Source of the DNA: the human T2T-CHM13v2.0 reference genome, Homo sapiens
Reading direction: 5' to 3' (one strand)
NCBI RefSeq assembly: GCF_009914755.1
Contig: NC_060930.1
Length of the DNA stretch: 64,000 nt
Below the pieces are notes generated by a model. It searched no databases and was not told the DNA's origin. It saw nothing but the letters and a program-made list of their open reading frames with translations. Position numbers and translations under genes: made by a program. How positions within the stretch are numbered: position 1 is the first letter of the stretch; every line of letters starts with the position of its first letter. Below, piece after piece: positions 1 to 17,154 of the stretch.

Positions 1-671
1 TTGCTATTGTAAAAAATGCTGCAATGAATGCGCAGATATTTCTTTGAAATAGTAATTTTATTTTTTTGGATATATATGAAGAACTGAGATTGTTCTATCA
101 TAGATAGTTCTATTTTTAATTTTTGGAGGAACCTACTCTACTGAAAGAATAGACTCCTCTTATATTAGAGGAGCATCCTAAATTTGCTGAGCTAACTTAT
201 GTTCTCACCAACAGTATCTTATCTTTTGTCTTTTTGATAACAGCCATTCTAACAAGCATACAATTGTGGTTTTGATTTGCGTTTATCTGATGATTATTGA
301 AGCTAAGCACCTTTACATATATTTGTTGGCCATTTGTATGTATTTTTTTGAGAAATGTATCTTCAGATCCTTTGTCAACTTTATTTATTTTTTTTTACTA
401 TTGGAATGTAGGAGATTTTTGTATATTTTGGATATTAACCCCTTATCAGATACATGGCTTGCAAACATTTTCATCTATTCTGTAGGTTGCCTTTTCACTC
501 TGGTAATTGTCTCTTTTGCCATGCAGAAGATTTTTAGTTTGATGAAGTCCTACTTGTCTATTTTTGCTTTATTGCATGTGCTTTTGATGTCATATCTATA
601 AAATACTTGCCCAGGCCAATGTCAAGAGGCTTTCCCCCTATGTTTTCTTCTAGTAGGTTTATAGTTTCAGG
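1..671 (-). mobile_element. Old LINE-1 (L1M-type) ORF2 3' fragment, cut off by the next L1
   Basis: Diverged L1 motifs: ttgtggttttgatttgc, gatattaaccccttatcaga, gcagaagatttttagtttgatg, ttttcttctagtagg..tatagtttcagg. Confidence 0.85.
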
Positions 672-3948
<3,277 letters not shown>

Positions 3949-3949
3949 A

Positions 3950-6054
3950 AAAACACAAAAATTTTATATAATGGAAGCTGCATCTTATGGTCAAGATTAA
4001 AAGTTTATAGATTGTTCATAAAATTTTGAATAACAAATTTAATTGCCTTCATGCTGTTTTTATTAGGGCTTATTGTTTGGAAAATGAAGTCTCCTCTCTC
4101 AAAGAATGAAGGTTTTCACATTATTTTTTAAATCCTTGAGTTATCACATTGGTTAAATGAATGACTTATTTTACAGTGACCTGTGATCCTATTTTGTGAT
4201 ATCATGTGTTAAGTCTTTGATATTTGAGAAACTTTCCAAAATTAAATTATAAATTATTTTCTGACCTAATTAATGTTTTAAGATATTACATTCCCTAAAG
4301 TCCAAAAATGACATAAGTTGGCAGTTTTTGGTACAAAAATTTTACAGGAAGCACTGTCAAATATAAAATTGTGTTTGGTTTTCTTTGGGTTGTATTTGTA
4401 CAAATGTCATTAGTATGTGTTCCAGAATTATGGAAAACTCCTATAATTCTGATATAACTTAGTTTACATTATTAGTAATAATTATAATTGTTATGATAAA
4501 TTATTGTGTGCCACAGAAGTAACAAATTTCCTTGTCAATTGTGTCTTTGACTATGGCTGCCCTAAAACTTTTTATCATCCATGGACAATTGTTGTCTTGT
4601 TTTGGTCCTCTTTATGAGATGGTTCTATAATCAGCTACAGAACTCTAACAAGTGTTCTTAAATGCAAGTTTCTGATAACTTTGGAGATGGTGACATGAGA
4701 ATAGAGGAAAAAAACTTTCAGGACTCATGGAGAGCTGAAATGTTTATGAACATCAAACAGAATAGGAGTTAACTGCCTAAACTGAACTGATAGAAGACTA
4801 AAGCAATCTTTTTGACTTTTGCTGTAAACATTGCTAATCCTTTGTTTTGTTGTTTTTGAGTCTTGAAACTTCTTTTGAGCTATTCACAGCTTTTAACAAT
4901 TTAGTATACTCCTATGAACAAAATTTGGAGCAGATTTTTTTCTCTCTACCTGATTTCTCCAGAATTTGGAAACAATCTGTGGATATTCTTAACTTATGGC
5001 AATACAGTTATTTGCATAAATGCAGTAAGAATGTTTCCATTTGTAACAGGATACACTCAGATAAATTGGTTATTTTACCAAGGCTTTGACTGACATGGTG
5101 TGCTTTCATTTAAGGAATCAAACTTGACTTATGTAGCCAATAAAGCCCTTGGAAAAACTGGCCTCATATTTTGTGTGCACAGTCCCTGTACAGGGTTTCT
5201 GACCTGCAGTAAGTAAAGAATGTCACTTTCTGATAGGCCGAGAAGCCCCAGGCTTATCTTGAAACCTCAAGAGGAGAAGAAATTCACCCAACTTATAGAT
5301 ATTTGATGACACAAATCCATGGTTGGGCTCAGCTTTAAGTCTTATCTGAGATTCCTCTTATGGAACAAGTTCCATCAAAGCCAATTTGGAAGCTATGTTT
5401 CTTGCTGCACTGTATAAAAATAATTAGGCCAAGTATAATAAAGGAAACCAGTCCTATCATAATTTGTCTTTAGTAAAAATGGGAAACTGGAGAGAGAAAA
5501 ATTATGTTTCAAAATATAGTACACCTGTTGGTAGATTCTATTCTTGCCTAATTTTTTTCAGTTTTTATTATTTTCTATATTTTGGAGCAAATTCTAATTT
5601 TTCTTGGCTACACATCTTCAAAATAATGTTTTTTTCCTTCTTTTTTTACCCATTTTTCCTAATTTGGAGTCACAACTAAGCTGTGCTTTCTTATATTCCT
5701 GTGAACTGAAGCCAGACAACTTAAACTTCAGAAGAAAATAACAGCAACCTATTTACATACATATGCCACTTTCATATTTGCCTATTAATGTATGGACTTC
5801 AGAGTAATGTGGCCTGTATCAATTTTTGCAGGACTGTTCTTTTGTTTGTTGTTGTTTTTCTCCCTTCCTCCCCCTATTTTCTCTTCATATGACATAAGAC
5901 TTCACAACCTGCTAAAAACCTTGGGACCTAACCCATCTAGGAATAAACCATCGTAACCATGATAGATCAGATAAAACCTGAGACCAGAGACTCATTTTCT
6001 TCTAAAATGCTTTCTCCAAAACCTTTTTAAAAAGAAAAGGTCGGGGGGTGGGTA
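3950..6054 (+). mobile_element. MER4-group (ERV1) non-autonomous internal sequence, 3' part only
   Basis: AT-rich MER4-int-like sequence ending in a purine tract (aaaagaaaagg..ggggggtggg) directly before the LTR; no 5' LTR in the window. Confidence 0.7.
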
Positions 6055-6505
6055 TGTGAAAGGAAAATATCTTGGGCCCCAAAATCATGAAGCTAAAATT
6101 CAAGCTGAAAATTGCTGAAGGCAAACCTGCCTCCCATTCTGTTCAAAGTCATCCCTCTGCTCACAGAGATAGATGCATAGTCTGATTGCCTCCTTTGGAA
6201 AGGCTTATCAGAGACTCAAAAGAATGCAAACATTTGTCTCTCACCTACCTGTGACCTGGAAGCCCCCCGGTGGGGGCTTTCTTTGAGTTGCCGCCACATT
6301 TCTGGATGAAACTAATGTACTTATTATATATATTGGTTGATGTCTCATGTCTCCCTAAAATGTATAAAACAGAGCCATGCCCCAACCACCTTGGTTACAT
6401 GTCGTCATAACTTCCTGATGCTGTGTCACAGGTGTGCATCCTCAACCTTGGCAAAATAAACTTTCTAAATTAACTGAGACTGGTCTCAAATTTTCAGGGT
6501 TCACA
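6055..6505 (+). mobile_element. MER4A/MER4A1-type LTR (3' LTR)
   Basis: TG...CA ends (tgtgaaaggaaaat...gggttcaca); tgtataaaa TATA-like box; AATAAA at 6455-6460; preceded by a polypurine tract. Confidence 0.85.
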
Positions 6506-6989
6506 GCTGCTAACAGTACACAAGTATATCTTACAGCTCAAGTTTCCTGCCTCCAGAAAGAGCAGCTGCTCCTCTTTCTCACTTCAGTTTTAAGTTGTTG
6601 GGAATAGGACACTTATTGGTCAAACATGGGGTCAGTTGCTCGCTGGTTGTGGCAATCACAAGGCCATGGGAGTGCCTTTACTTTAAAGTGCATCACTTTA
6701 ATTAGATTCTGGGCCCTTTTAATTGGATTATTTCACATGCTGGGAGAAAGGTACTTGCAAGAGGAGGGGAAATCCTTGCAAACTAGGCAGTCAAATCAGC
6801 CAAGTAAATATTCTGAGGCTGTTTCCACTTCTGCCTTTCCACTTACAGTCAGGATACTGCACTGCCCAGGCAACACAGTACCAGTGGTGTTGTCAGGAGC
6901 ATCCAGCATTGACAGAGGACTAAAGGAAGGCATTAAGGGAGACAAAATCTGTTTCTTTGAGGTTCTTGCAGGACTCATGCAGAACCTTA

Positions 6990-7077
6990 ATTATTAGCCA
7001 CATTTGACATTGTAAATAACACCTCTCTTCTTGAAGTGTTCTCTTTCCTTAGTTTTCATGATGTCACATGCTGTTTT

Positions 7078-7120
<43 letters not shown>

Positions 7121-7925
7121 TTTTTGAGACAGAATCTCACTCTGTCTCCCAGGCTGGAGTGCAGTGCATGATCTTGGTTCGCTGCAGCCTCTGCCTCCTG
7201 GGCTCAAGCCATTCTCCCACCTCAGCCTCCCAGGTAGCTGGGACTAGAGGTTCAGGCCATTATGCCTAGATAATTTTTGAACTTTTTTATAGCGATGGGG
7301 TTTTGTCATGTGGCCAGACTGCTCTCCAACTCCTGAGCTGAACTGATCCACCTGCCTTGGCCTTCCAAAGTTTTGGGATTACAGGCATTAGCCACTGTGC
7401 ATAATGACACATGCTGTTTTCAACCCCAAGGTTGATGAGAACAGAAAACATTTACTTATCCCTTTCTCTATACTAGACAGTGTGCTAAATATTTACATGA
7501 ATGTTTAAATTGAATAATCTAATTTAATTCTTAGAATACTTTATCAGCTAGGGAGTATTATTTTCTCCATTTTGTAGGTGGAGAAACTGAGGGCTGAAAG
7601 AGGAGAACATGTTTCCTATGCCTTAAGTGTTTATTTTTCTGTGAGCTCTGACTCATGTTATGCACTTCCCTCAGTGTGCCACTCCTTTCTATGGCTGTAG
7701 TTGGCATCTATATATTGTCGCTTTCACAATTTGCATCTTTGGCCCAGATTTCTCCTCTGAGCTCCAGACCTATATGTCTTTAGTAAAAGGTGAAATATTT
7801 ATTTATTTGTTCTAAAGAGAAACTAAAGCATTAGACCTATATATTCAACTTCCTATTGGATGTTACCACTTTGATTGGAATATACTTGGTGCTTAGGAAT
7901 ATTTACTGAATAAATGAATGTATGA
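6990..7925 (+). mobile_element. Fragmented L2 with MIR pieces, interrupted by an Alu
   Basis: L2 motifs ccagatttctcctctgagctccagacc and 3' end gaataaatgaatg; MIR core gaaactgagg near 7583. Confidence 0.6.
7076..7400 (-). mobile_element. AluJ with (TTTA)n-expanded tail
   Basis: Dimeric Alu sequence; TSD cacatgctgtttt on both sides. Confidence 0.9.
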
Positions 7926-8582
7926 ATTGATCATCCTGGCTAGAGAGCCTTCCACTCCTGTGAGTTGTCACATGCTTCACCCTCTCTGCTAGTAAAGGTA
8001 GGTTGGAACACATTTGTAGAATATTTGTTGAATATTTGGTTTCTAAGAAATTGCTATTATTATTTTTATGTCATTAAACATTTTATACCAATATACAGAA
8101 TATACAGACTAGCTTTAGTGAATTGTTTTCAATTAAATTTATGATTGAAATAACAGAAGAAGTAAAGAAAACTTGAGGAAATCAGCTAAAAAATGGGAAG
8201 CATGTCACTGAGTGGCAGAGTTGGAAAAGACGGCTATGTGTAATGAACTCTAGTCTCTGGTTGAGAAGGTGGGCTGGAAAAATAATAGTGTATTGCAGAG
8301 TAAAGTGTTGCTATAGAAACAGTTACCTGAAGATCTAATCAGTATCTTGTTGAGTGAAAGGATTTTCTCTGTAGTGTGAAACATTTCAGCAAGTACTAAA
8401 AATAGTTTTTTTAAGAGCCTCACAATATATTCCCTTATCTCTTGCTCATTCCTAGGATTTAGAAAACAAATTATTAAAAATTATCAGCACCATATAATGA
8501 GAATGCCACCTAATTTTGATAAAGTGCAAGGATTAAACCTGTATGTTTGGGTATCCTACGTCATTTAGTTAAAAGGGTTAAA

Positions 8583-9103
8583 TGTTTCATAGTTTGGGAT
8601 CCTCCAAAGCAGAGCCTGGGATAAGCACCTGTAGGAGAGATAGTTTATTTGGGAGGTATTTCAGAAAACAGGAGTAAGAGAGTAGGCAGAGTGAGGCAGG
8701 GAAGGAGGAATAGCCAGTTATGGTATCTTACCTCTCTCTGTGGTAGGCCACAAGGCTTGATCCTCCTGGGACCTCTGGGATGTACAGAAAGCCTTCTGGC
8801 CACCTGAAAGCTGGCAGCCAGAGCATTTGTCCACTAGTTCCATCTTCCACTGGTTGCAGGTTTCCCCCTGAGAGTGTTACCTTCTCTGCTGCCCTAGGAA
8901 GAGAACCTAGTGACCTCAGACAGCCTGGGAGAAGGTGCTGGGGCAGAATGCAAAAAGATAAGAAGCCCAGGTTTGAAGCAGGATGCTGGCAGTAGAGCTT
9001 AGTCTAAACCCACATAGAATGCATAATGGCTTCCTGAACACAGAGTAGCAGAGGGGAAATTGATGCAGGTACCAGTTATGTCTGGTACAGTCTAATCCCA
9101 CAG
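8583..9103 (-). mobile_element. ERVL-class solo LTR (LTR16-like)
   Basis: aagcagagcctgggataag..agtttatttgggagg..gtgaggcagggaagg pattern typical of LTR16; ends ccaca. Confidence 0.6.
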
Positions 9104-9169
9104 CAGTAGTTCCCTGATGTGCCCCTTTACCCAGGTATCTTTTCTCATGGCATATTACTTTATTTTTTA

Positions 9170-9360
9170 CCACTATGACCCTTAATCGGAAAGTTATGTA
9201 ACCTTTCTCTGCATTAGTTTCTTTGCCTCTAAAATGGGTATAATAGTATTACCTACTTAAAAAGTTGTTGTGAGTATTAATTGTATTAATTCCTGTCATG
9301 AATTTAGCATAGTCCCAGTCCACGGTAAGTGCTCAGTAAGTAGCCATGTTATTATTATTA
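9170..9360 (+). mobile_element. MIR
   Basis: Core: aacctttctctgcattagtttc..taaaatgggtataatag..aagtgctcagtaagtagc. Confidence 0.75.
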
Positions 9361-9886
9361 ACAATAGGAATACAAAAGTATCGCCACTACTACTATTGAT
9401 GGTGAAGCCTACTGTTGTATTTAATATTTCCACAGTATCAACAACTTCATTATAGTATGATTTCTAGTCTATCTTGCACAGATTATCTGATTTGTTTCTC
9501 ACCACAGTTTTTATGAAGGACATTGAATTCTGAAAATATCTTTTGGATAAAAGTCACAAGCTGTATTCAGAACACAGTTGAATAATGTCATCTCTGTAAG
9601 TCTATCCAGTACATGTTAAACTCATGTAAAGTTGTTAAGTACATATTCTGATCTTTAAAGCCTTCATTGTAAGTCATTATTTAGGAAATCCCAAGTCCTT
9701 CAGCTATTGAGGGAGCAGTAGACCTGAATACTATTATTCATATTGGAAGAATAATTTTAGATTAGACTAATGATTTTCTGCAATGTCAAGATGAAGGCAA
9801 AAATCACATAGGAAGAGAAATCAAGGCTTGCCTAAAAGAAATCACCATCACCACTCACTAATGAAAATGTTTATAAGGTATGTATC

Positions 9887-12800
9887 TTTTTATTTTTATA
9901 TACTTTAAGTTCTGGGATCCATGTGCAGAATGTGCAGATTTGTTACATAGGTATACACGTGCCATGGTGGTTTGCTGCACCCATCAACCCATCATCTACA
10001 TTAGGTATTTCTCATAAAGCTATCCTTCCCCTAGCCCGCCACCCCCAACAGGCCCCGGTGTGTGACGTTCCCCTCCCTGTGTCCATGTGTTCTCATTGTT
10101 CAACTCTCACTTATGACTGAGAACATGCAGTGTTTCGTTTTCTGTTCCTGTGTTAGTTTGCTGAGAATGATGGTTTCCAGCTTCATCCATGTCCCTGCAA
10201 AGGACATGAACTCATCCTCTTTTATGGCTGCATAGTATTCCATGGTGTATATGTGCCACACTTTCTTTATCTAGTCTATCACTGATGGTCATTTGGGTTG
10301 GGTCCAAGTCTTTGCTATTGTGAACAGTGCTGCAAAAAACATACGTGGGCATATGTCTTTATAGTTAATGATTTATAATCCTTTGGGTATATATCCAGTA
10401 ATGGGATTACTGGGTCAAATGGTATTTCTGGTTCTAGATCCTTGAGGAATCGCCACACTGTCTTCCACAATGCTTGAACTAATTTACACTCCCACCAACA
10501 GTGTAAAAGCATTCCTATTTCTCCACACCCTTACCAGCATCTGTTGTTTCCTGACATTTTAATGATCACCATTCTAACTGGCATGAGATGGTATCTCATC
10601 GTGGTTTTGATTTGCATTTCTCTGATGACCCACTGATGATGAACTTTTTTCACATGATTTTTGGCTGCATAAATGTCCTCTTTTGAGAAGTGTCTCTTCA
10701 TATTGTTTGCCCACTTTTGTTGGGGATGTTTGTTTTTTTCTTGTAAATTTGTTTGAGTCCCTTGTAGATTCTGGATATTAGCCCTTTGTCAGATGAATAG
10801 ATTGCAAACATTTTCTCCTAATCTGTAGGTTACCTGTTCACTTTGATGATAGTTTCTTTTGCTGTGCAGAAGCTCTTTAGCTTGATTAGATCCCATTTGT
10901 CAATTTTGGCTTTTGTTGCCATTGCTTTTGGTGTTTTAGTCATGAAGTATTTGCCCATGCCTATGTCCTGAATGGTGTTGCCTAGGTTTTCTTCTAGGGT
11001 TTTTATGGTTTTAGGTCTTATGTTTAAATCCTTAATCCACCTTGAGTTAATTTTTGTATAAGGTGTAAGGAAGGGGTTCAGTTTCAGTTTTCTGCATATG
11101 GCTAGCCAGTTTTCCCAGCACCATTTATTAAATAGGGAATCCTTTTTCCATTTCTTGTTTTTGTCAGGTTAGTCAAAGATCAGATGGTTGTAGATGTGTG
11201 GTGTTATTTCTGAGGTCTCTGTTCTGTTCCATTGGTCTATATATTTGTTTTGATACCGGTACCATGCTGGTTACTGTAGCCTTGTAGTATAGGTTGAGGG
11301 CAGGTAGTGTGATGCCTCCAGCTTTGTTCTTTTTGCCTAGGATTGCTTTGACTATATGGGCTCTTTTTGGGTTCCATATGAAATTTAAAGTAGTTTTTCC
11401 TAATTCTGTGAAGAAAGTTAATGGTAACTTGATGGGGATAGCATTGAATCTATTAATTACTTTGGGCAGTATGGCCATTTTCATGATGTTGATTCTTCCT
11501 ATCCATGAGCACGGAATATTTTTCCATTTGTTTGTGTCCTCTTTTATTTCCTTGAGCAGTGTTTTGTAGTTCTCCTTGAAGAGGTCCTTCACATCCCTTG
11601 TAAGTTGAATTTGTAAGTATTTTATTGTGTTTGTAGCAATTGTGAATGGGAGTTCACTCATGATTTGGCTCTCTGTTTGTCTGTTATTGGTGTATAGGAA
11701 CGCTTGTGATTTTTGCACATTGATTTTGTATCCTGAGACTTTGCTGAAGTTGCTTATCAGCTTAAGGAGATTTTGGGCTTAGACAATGGGATTTTCTAAA
11801 TATAGAATCATGTCATCTGAAAACAGGGACAATTTGACTTCCTCTTTTCCTAATTGAATATACTTTATTTTTTTCTCTTGCCTGATTACGCTGGCCAGAA
11901 CTTCCAATACTACGTTGAATAGGAGTGGTGAGAGAGGGCATCCCTATCTTGTGCCAGTTTTCAAATGGAATGCTTCCACTTTTTGCCCATCAGTATGATA
12001 TTGGCTGTGGGTTTGCCATAAATAGCTCTTATTATTTTGAGATATGTCCCATCAATACCTAATTTATTGAGAATTTTTAGCATGAAGGCTGTTGAATTTT
12101 GTCGAATGACTTTTCTGCATCTATTGAGATAATCATGTGGTTTTTGTCATTGGTTCTGTTTATGCGATGGATTATGTTTATTGATTTGCATATGTTGAAC
12201 CAGCCATGCATCCCAGGGATGAAGCCCACTTGATCGTGGTGGATAAGCTCTTTGATGTGCTGCTGGATTCGGTTTGCCAGTATTTTATTGAACATTTTTG
12301 CATCAATGTTCATCAGGGATATTGGTCTAAAATTCCCTTTTTTTGTTGTGTATCTGCCAGGCTTTGGTATCAGAATGATTCTGGCCTCATAAAATGAGTT
12401 AGGGAGGATTCCCTCTTTTTCTATTGATTGGAATAGTTTCAGAAGGAATGGTACCAGCTCCTTTTTGTACCTCTGGTAGAATTTGGCTGTGAATCCATCT
12501 GGTCCTGGACTATTTTTGGTTGGTAGGCTATTAATTATTGCCTCAATTTCAGAGCCTGTTATTGGTCTATTCAGAGATTCAATTTCTTCCTGGTTTAGTC
12601 TTGAGAGGGTGTATTTGTCCAGGAATTTATCCATTTCTTCTAGATTGTCTAGTTTATTTGCGTAGAGGTATTTATAATATTCTCTGATGGTAGTTTGTAT
12701 TTCTGTTGGATCAGTGGTGATATCCCCTTTATCATTTTTTATTGCATCTATTTGATTCTTCTCTCTTTTCTTCTTTATTAGTCTTGCTAGCGGTCTATCA

Positions 12801-15800
12801 ATTTTGTTGATCTTTTCAAAAAACCAGCTCCTGGATTCATTGATTTTTTAAAGGGTTTTCTGTGTCTCTATTTCCTTCAGTTCTGCTCTGATCTTAGTTA
12901 TTTCTTGCCTTGTGCTAGCTTTTGAATGTGTTTGCTCTTGTTTCTCTAGTTCTTTTAGTTGTGATGTTAGGGTGTTGATTTTAGATCTTTCCTCCTTTCT
13001 CTTGTGGGCATTTAGTGCTATGCATTTCCCTCTACACACTGCTTTAAATGTGTCCCAGAAATTCTGGTATGTTGTGTCTTTGTTCTTATTGGTTTCAAAG
13101 AACATCTTTATTTCTGCCTTCATTTCGTTATTTACCCAGTAGTCACTCAGAATCAGGTTGTTCAGTTTCCATGTAGTTGTGCAGTTTTGAGTTAATTTCT
13201 CAATCCTGGGTTCTAATTTGTTTGCACTGTGTTCTGAGAGACAGTTTGTGGTGATTTCTGTTCTTTTACATTTGCCGAGGAGTGCTTTACTTCCAACTAT
13301 GTGTTCAATTTTGGAATAAGTGTGATGTGATGCTAAGAAGAATGTACAGTCTGTTGTTTTGGGGTGGAGAGTTCTGTAGATGTCTATTAGGTCCACTTGG
13401 TGCAGAGCTGAGTTCAAGTCCTGGATATTCTTGTTTACTTTCTGTCTCGTTGGTCTGTCTAATATTGATAGTGGGTGTTAAAGTCTCCCATTATTATTGT
13501 GTGGGAGTCTAAATCTCTTTGTCGGTCACTACGGACTTGCTTTATGAATCTGAGTGCTTCTGTATTGGGTGCATATATATTTAGGATAGTTAGCTCTTCT
13601 TGTTGAATTGATCCCTTTACCATTATGTAATGGCCTTCTTTGTCTCTTTTAATCTTTGTTGGTTTAAAGTCTGTTTTATCAGAGACTAGGATTGCAACCC
13701 CTGCTTTTTTTGCTTTCCATTTGCTTGGTAGGTCTTCCTCCCTTCCTTTATCTTGAGCCAATATGTGTCTCTGCATGTGAGATGGGTCTTCTGAATACAG
13801 CACCCTGATAGGTCTTGACTCTTCATCCAATTTGCCAGTCTGTGCCTTTTAATTGGGGTATTTAGCCTATTTACATTTAAGTTAATATTGTTATGTGTGA
13901 GTTTGATCCTGTCATTATGATGTTAGCTGGTTATTTTGCCCCTTATTTGATACAGTTTCTTCCTAGCATGTATGTTCTTTACAATTTGGCATGTTTTTGC
14001 AGTGGCTGGTACTGGTTGTTCCTTTCCATGTTTAGTGCTTCCTTCAGGAGCTCTTGCAAGGCAGGCCTGGTGGTGACAAAAATCTCTCAGCATTTGCTTG
14101 TCTGTAAAGGATTTTATTTCTCCTTCACTTATGAAGCTTAGTTTGGCTGGATATGAAATTCTGGGTTGAAAATTCTTTTCTTTAAGAATGTTAAATATTG
14201 GCCCCACTCTCTTCTGGCTTGTAGAGTTTCTGCTGAGAGATCCGCTGTTAGTCTGATGGGCTTCCCTTTTTGGGTACCCCGACCTTCCTCTCTGGTTGCC
14301 CTTAACATTTTTTCCTACGTTTCAACCTTGGTGAATCTGAGAGTTACGTGTCTTGGGGTTGCTCTTCCTGAGGAGTATCTTTGTGGTGTTCTGTGTATTT
14401 CCTGAATTTGAACATTGCCCTGCCTTGCTACGTTGGGGAAGTTCTCCTGGATAATATCCTGCAGACTGTTTTCCAACTTGGTTCCATTTTCCCCGTCACT
14501 TTCAGGTACATCAATCAAACATATCACATAGTCCCCTATTTCTTGGAGACTTTGTTTGTGTCTTTTTACTCTTTTTTCTCTGAAGTCCTCTTCTCACTCT
14601 TTTTCATTAATTTGATCTTCAATTACTGATACCGTTTCTTCCACTTGATCAAATTGGCTATTGAAGTTTGTGCATGCATCACGTAGTTCTTGTGCCATGG
14701 TTTTCAGCTGCATCACATCATTTAAGGTCTTCTCTACACTGTTTATTCTAGTTAGCCATTCATCTAATATTTTTTTCAAGGTTTTTAGCTTCCTTATGAT
14801 GGGTTCAAACATCCTCCTTTGGCTCGGAGAAGTTTGTTATCACTGACCTTCTGAAGCCTATTTGTGTCAACTCATCAAAGTCATTCTCCGTCCAGCTTTG
14901 TTCTGTTGCTGGTGAGGAGCTGTGATCCTTTGGAGGAGAAGAGGCATTCTGATTTTTAGAATTTTCAGCATTTCTGCTCTGGTTTCTCTCCATCTTTGTC
15001 ATTTTATCTGCATTTGGTCTTTGATGTTGGTGACCTACAGATGAGGTTTTGGTGTGGATATCCTTTTTGTTGATGTTGATGCTATTTTTTTCTGTTTGTT
15101 AGTTTTCCTTCTATCAGTCAGGTCCTTCAGTTGGAGGTCTGTTGGATTTGGCTGGAAGTCCACTTCAGATCCTGTTTGCCAGTGGAGGCTGCAGAACAGC
15201 AAATATTGCAGAACAGCAAATATTGCTGCCTGATCCTTCCTCTGGAAACATCGTCCCAGAGGGGCACCCACATGTACGAGGTGTCAGTCGGCCCCTACTG
15301 GGAGGTGTCTCCCAGTTAGGCTACACGGGGGTCAGGAACTCACTTGAGGAGGCAGTCTGTCTATTCTCAGAGCTCAAACACCATGCTGGGAGAACCACTG
15401 CTCTCTTCAAAGCTGTCATGCAGGGACGTTTAAGTCTGCAGAAGTTTCCGCTGCCTTTTGTTCAGCTATGCCCTGCCCCCAGAGCTGGAGTCTACAGAGG
15501 CAGCAGGCCTTGGTGAGCTGCAGTGGGCCCACCCAGTTTGAGCTTCCCTGGCTGCTTTGTTTTCCTTCTCATGCCTCAGCAATGGCAGATGCCCCTCCCC
15601 CTGCCAGGCTGCTGCCTTGCAGGTGGATCTCAGACTGTTGTGCTAGCAGTAAAGCAAGGCTCTGTGGGCTTGGGACCCACTGAGCCATGCAAGGGATATA
15701 ATCTCCTGGTGTGCCATTTGCTAAGATCATTGGAAAAGCACAGTATTTGGGCAGGAGTGCCCCATTTTTCCAGGAACAGTCTGTCACGGCTTCCCTTGGC

Positions 15801-16015
15801 TAGGAAGGGGAAATCCCCCAACCCCTCGCACTTCCCAGGTGAGGTGATGCTCTGCCCTGCTTCAGCTTGCCCTCCATGGGCTGCACCCACTATCTAACCA
15901 GGCCCAATGAGATGAACCAGGGACATCAGTTGGAAATGCAGAAATCACCCATCTTCTGCGGCGATTACACTGGGAGCTCTAGATCAGAGCTCTTACTATT
16001 TGGCCATCTTGGAAC
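9887..16015 (-). mobile_element. Full-length, inactive LINE-1 (L1PA7-like 3' end, L1PA5/6-like 5' half)
   Basis: About 6.1 kb collinear 3'UTR-ORF2-ORF1-5'UTR; many frameshifted ORF1/ORF2 peptides between 10315 and 15002; 5' end tggccatcttggaac; no convincing TSD. Confidence 0.95.
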
Positions 16016-16092
16016 TTACTCGAGTTTCTTATCTTTTAAAAGCAACTTCTTTTCCCTAATAAAGTACTGTACTTTAAGATACATACCTTTAT

Positions 16093-17154
16093 AATAATAA
16101 ATGAACAGAGAGCCAAATCATGAGTGAAAGCCAAAATAGACAAATGGGATCTAATTAAGCTAAACAGCTTCTGCACAGCAAAATAAACTACCATCAGAGT
16201 GAACAGGCAACCTACAGAATGGGAGAAAATTTTGGCAATCTACCCATCTGACAAAGGGCTAATATCCAGAATCTACAAAGAACTTAATCAAATTTACAAG
16301 AAAAAACCCCATCAAAAAGTGGGCAAAGTATATGAACAGATACTTCTCCAAAGAAGACATTTATGCAGCCAACAGACACATGAAGAAATGCTCATCATTC
16401 TCAGTCATCAGAGAAATGTAAATCAAAACCACAGTGAGATTCTATCTCATGCCAGTTAGAATGGCGATCATTAAAAAGTCAGGAAACAACAGATGCTGGA
16501 GAGGATGTGGAGAAATAGGAATGCTTTTACACTGTTGGTGGGAGTGTAAACTAGTTCAACCATTGTGGAAGACACTGTGGTGATTTCTCAAGAATCTAGG
16601 ACTAGAAATACCATCTGACCCAGCGATCCCATTACTGGGTATATACTCAAAGGATTGTAAGTCATGCTACAATAAAGACACATGCACACATATGTTTATT
16701 GCAGCACTATTCACAACAGTAAAGACTTGGAACCAACCCAAATGTCCATCAATGATAGAGTGGATTAAGAAAATGTGGCACATATACACCATGGAATACC
16801 ATGCAGCCATAAAAAAGGATGAGTTCATGTCCTTTGCAGGGACATGGATGAAGCTGGAAACCATCATTCTCAGCAAACTAAGACAGGAACAGAAAACCAA
16901 ACACCGCATGTTCTCACTCATAGGTGGGAATTAAACAATGAGAACACTTAGACACAAGGCGGGGAACATCACACACTAGAGCCTGTCCTGGGGTGGGAGC
17001 ATGGGGGAGGGATAGCATTAGGAGAGACACCTGATGTAAATGACGAGTTAATGGGTGCAGCAAACCAACATGGCACATGGATACGTATGTAACAAACCTG
17101 CACGTTGTGCACATGTACCGTAGGACTTAAAGTATATTGAAAAAAAAAAAAAAA
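16093..17154 (+). mobile_element. 5'-truncated L1PA5/6 with an internal jump near its 5' end
   Basis: ORF2 C-terminus (..KTKHRMFSLIGGN), 3'UTR and A-tail at 17140-17154. Confidence 0.92.

Noticed and set aside
9798-9878. Exon ending at AAG|GTATGT
   Set aside because: The donor is plausible but the acceptor is weak and nothing else supports it.
15190-15226. 17-bp tandem repeat gcagaacagcaaatatt x2
   Set aside because: A degenerate version is at the same place in the other 5'UTRs (e.g. ~40596, 63060), so it is inherent to the L1 family.
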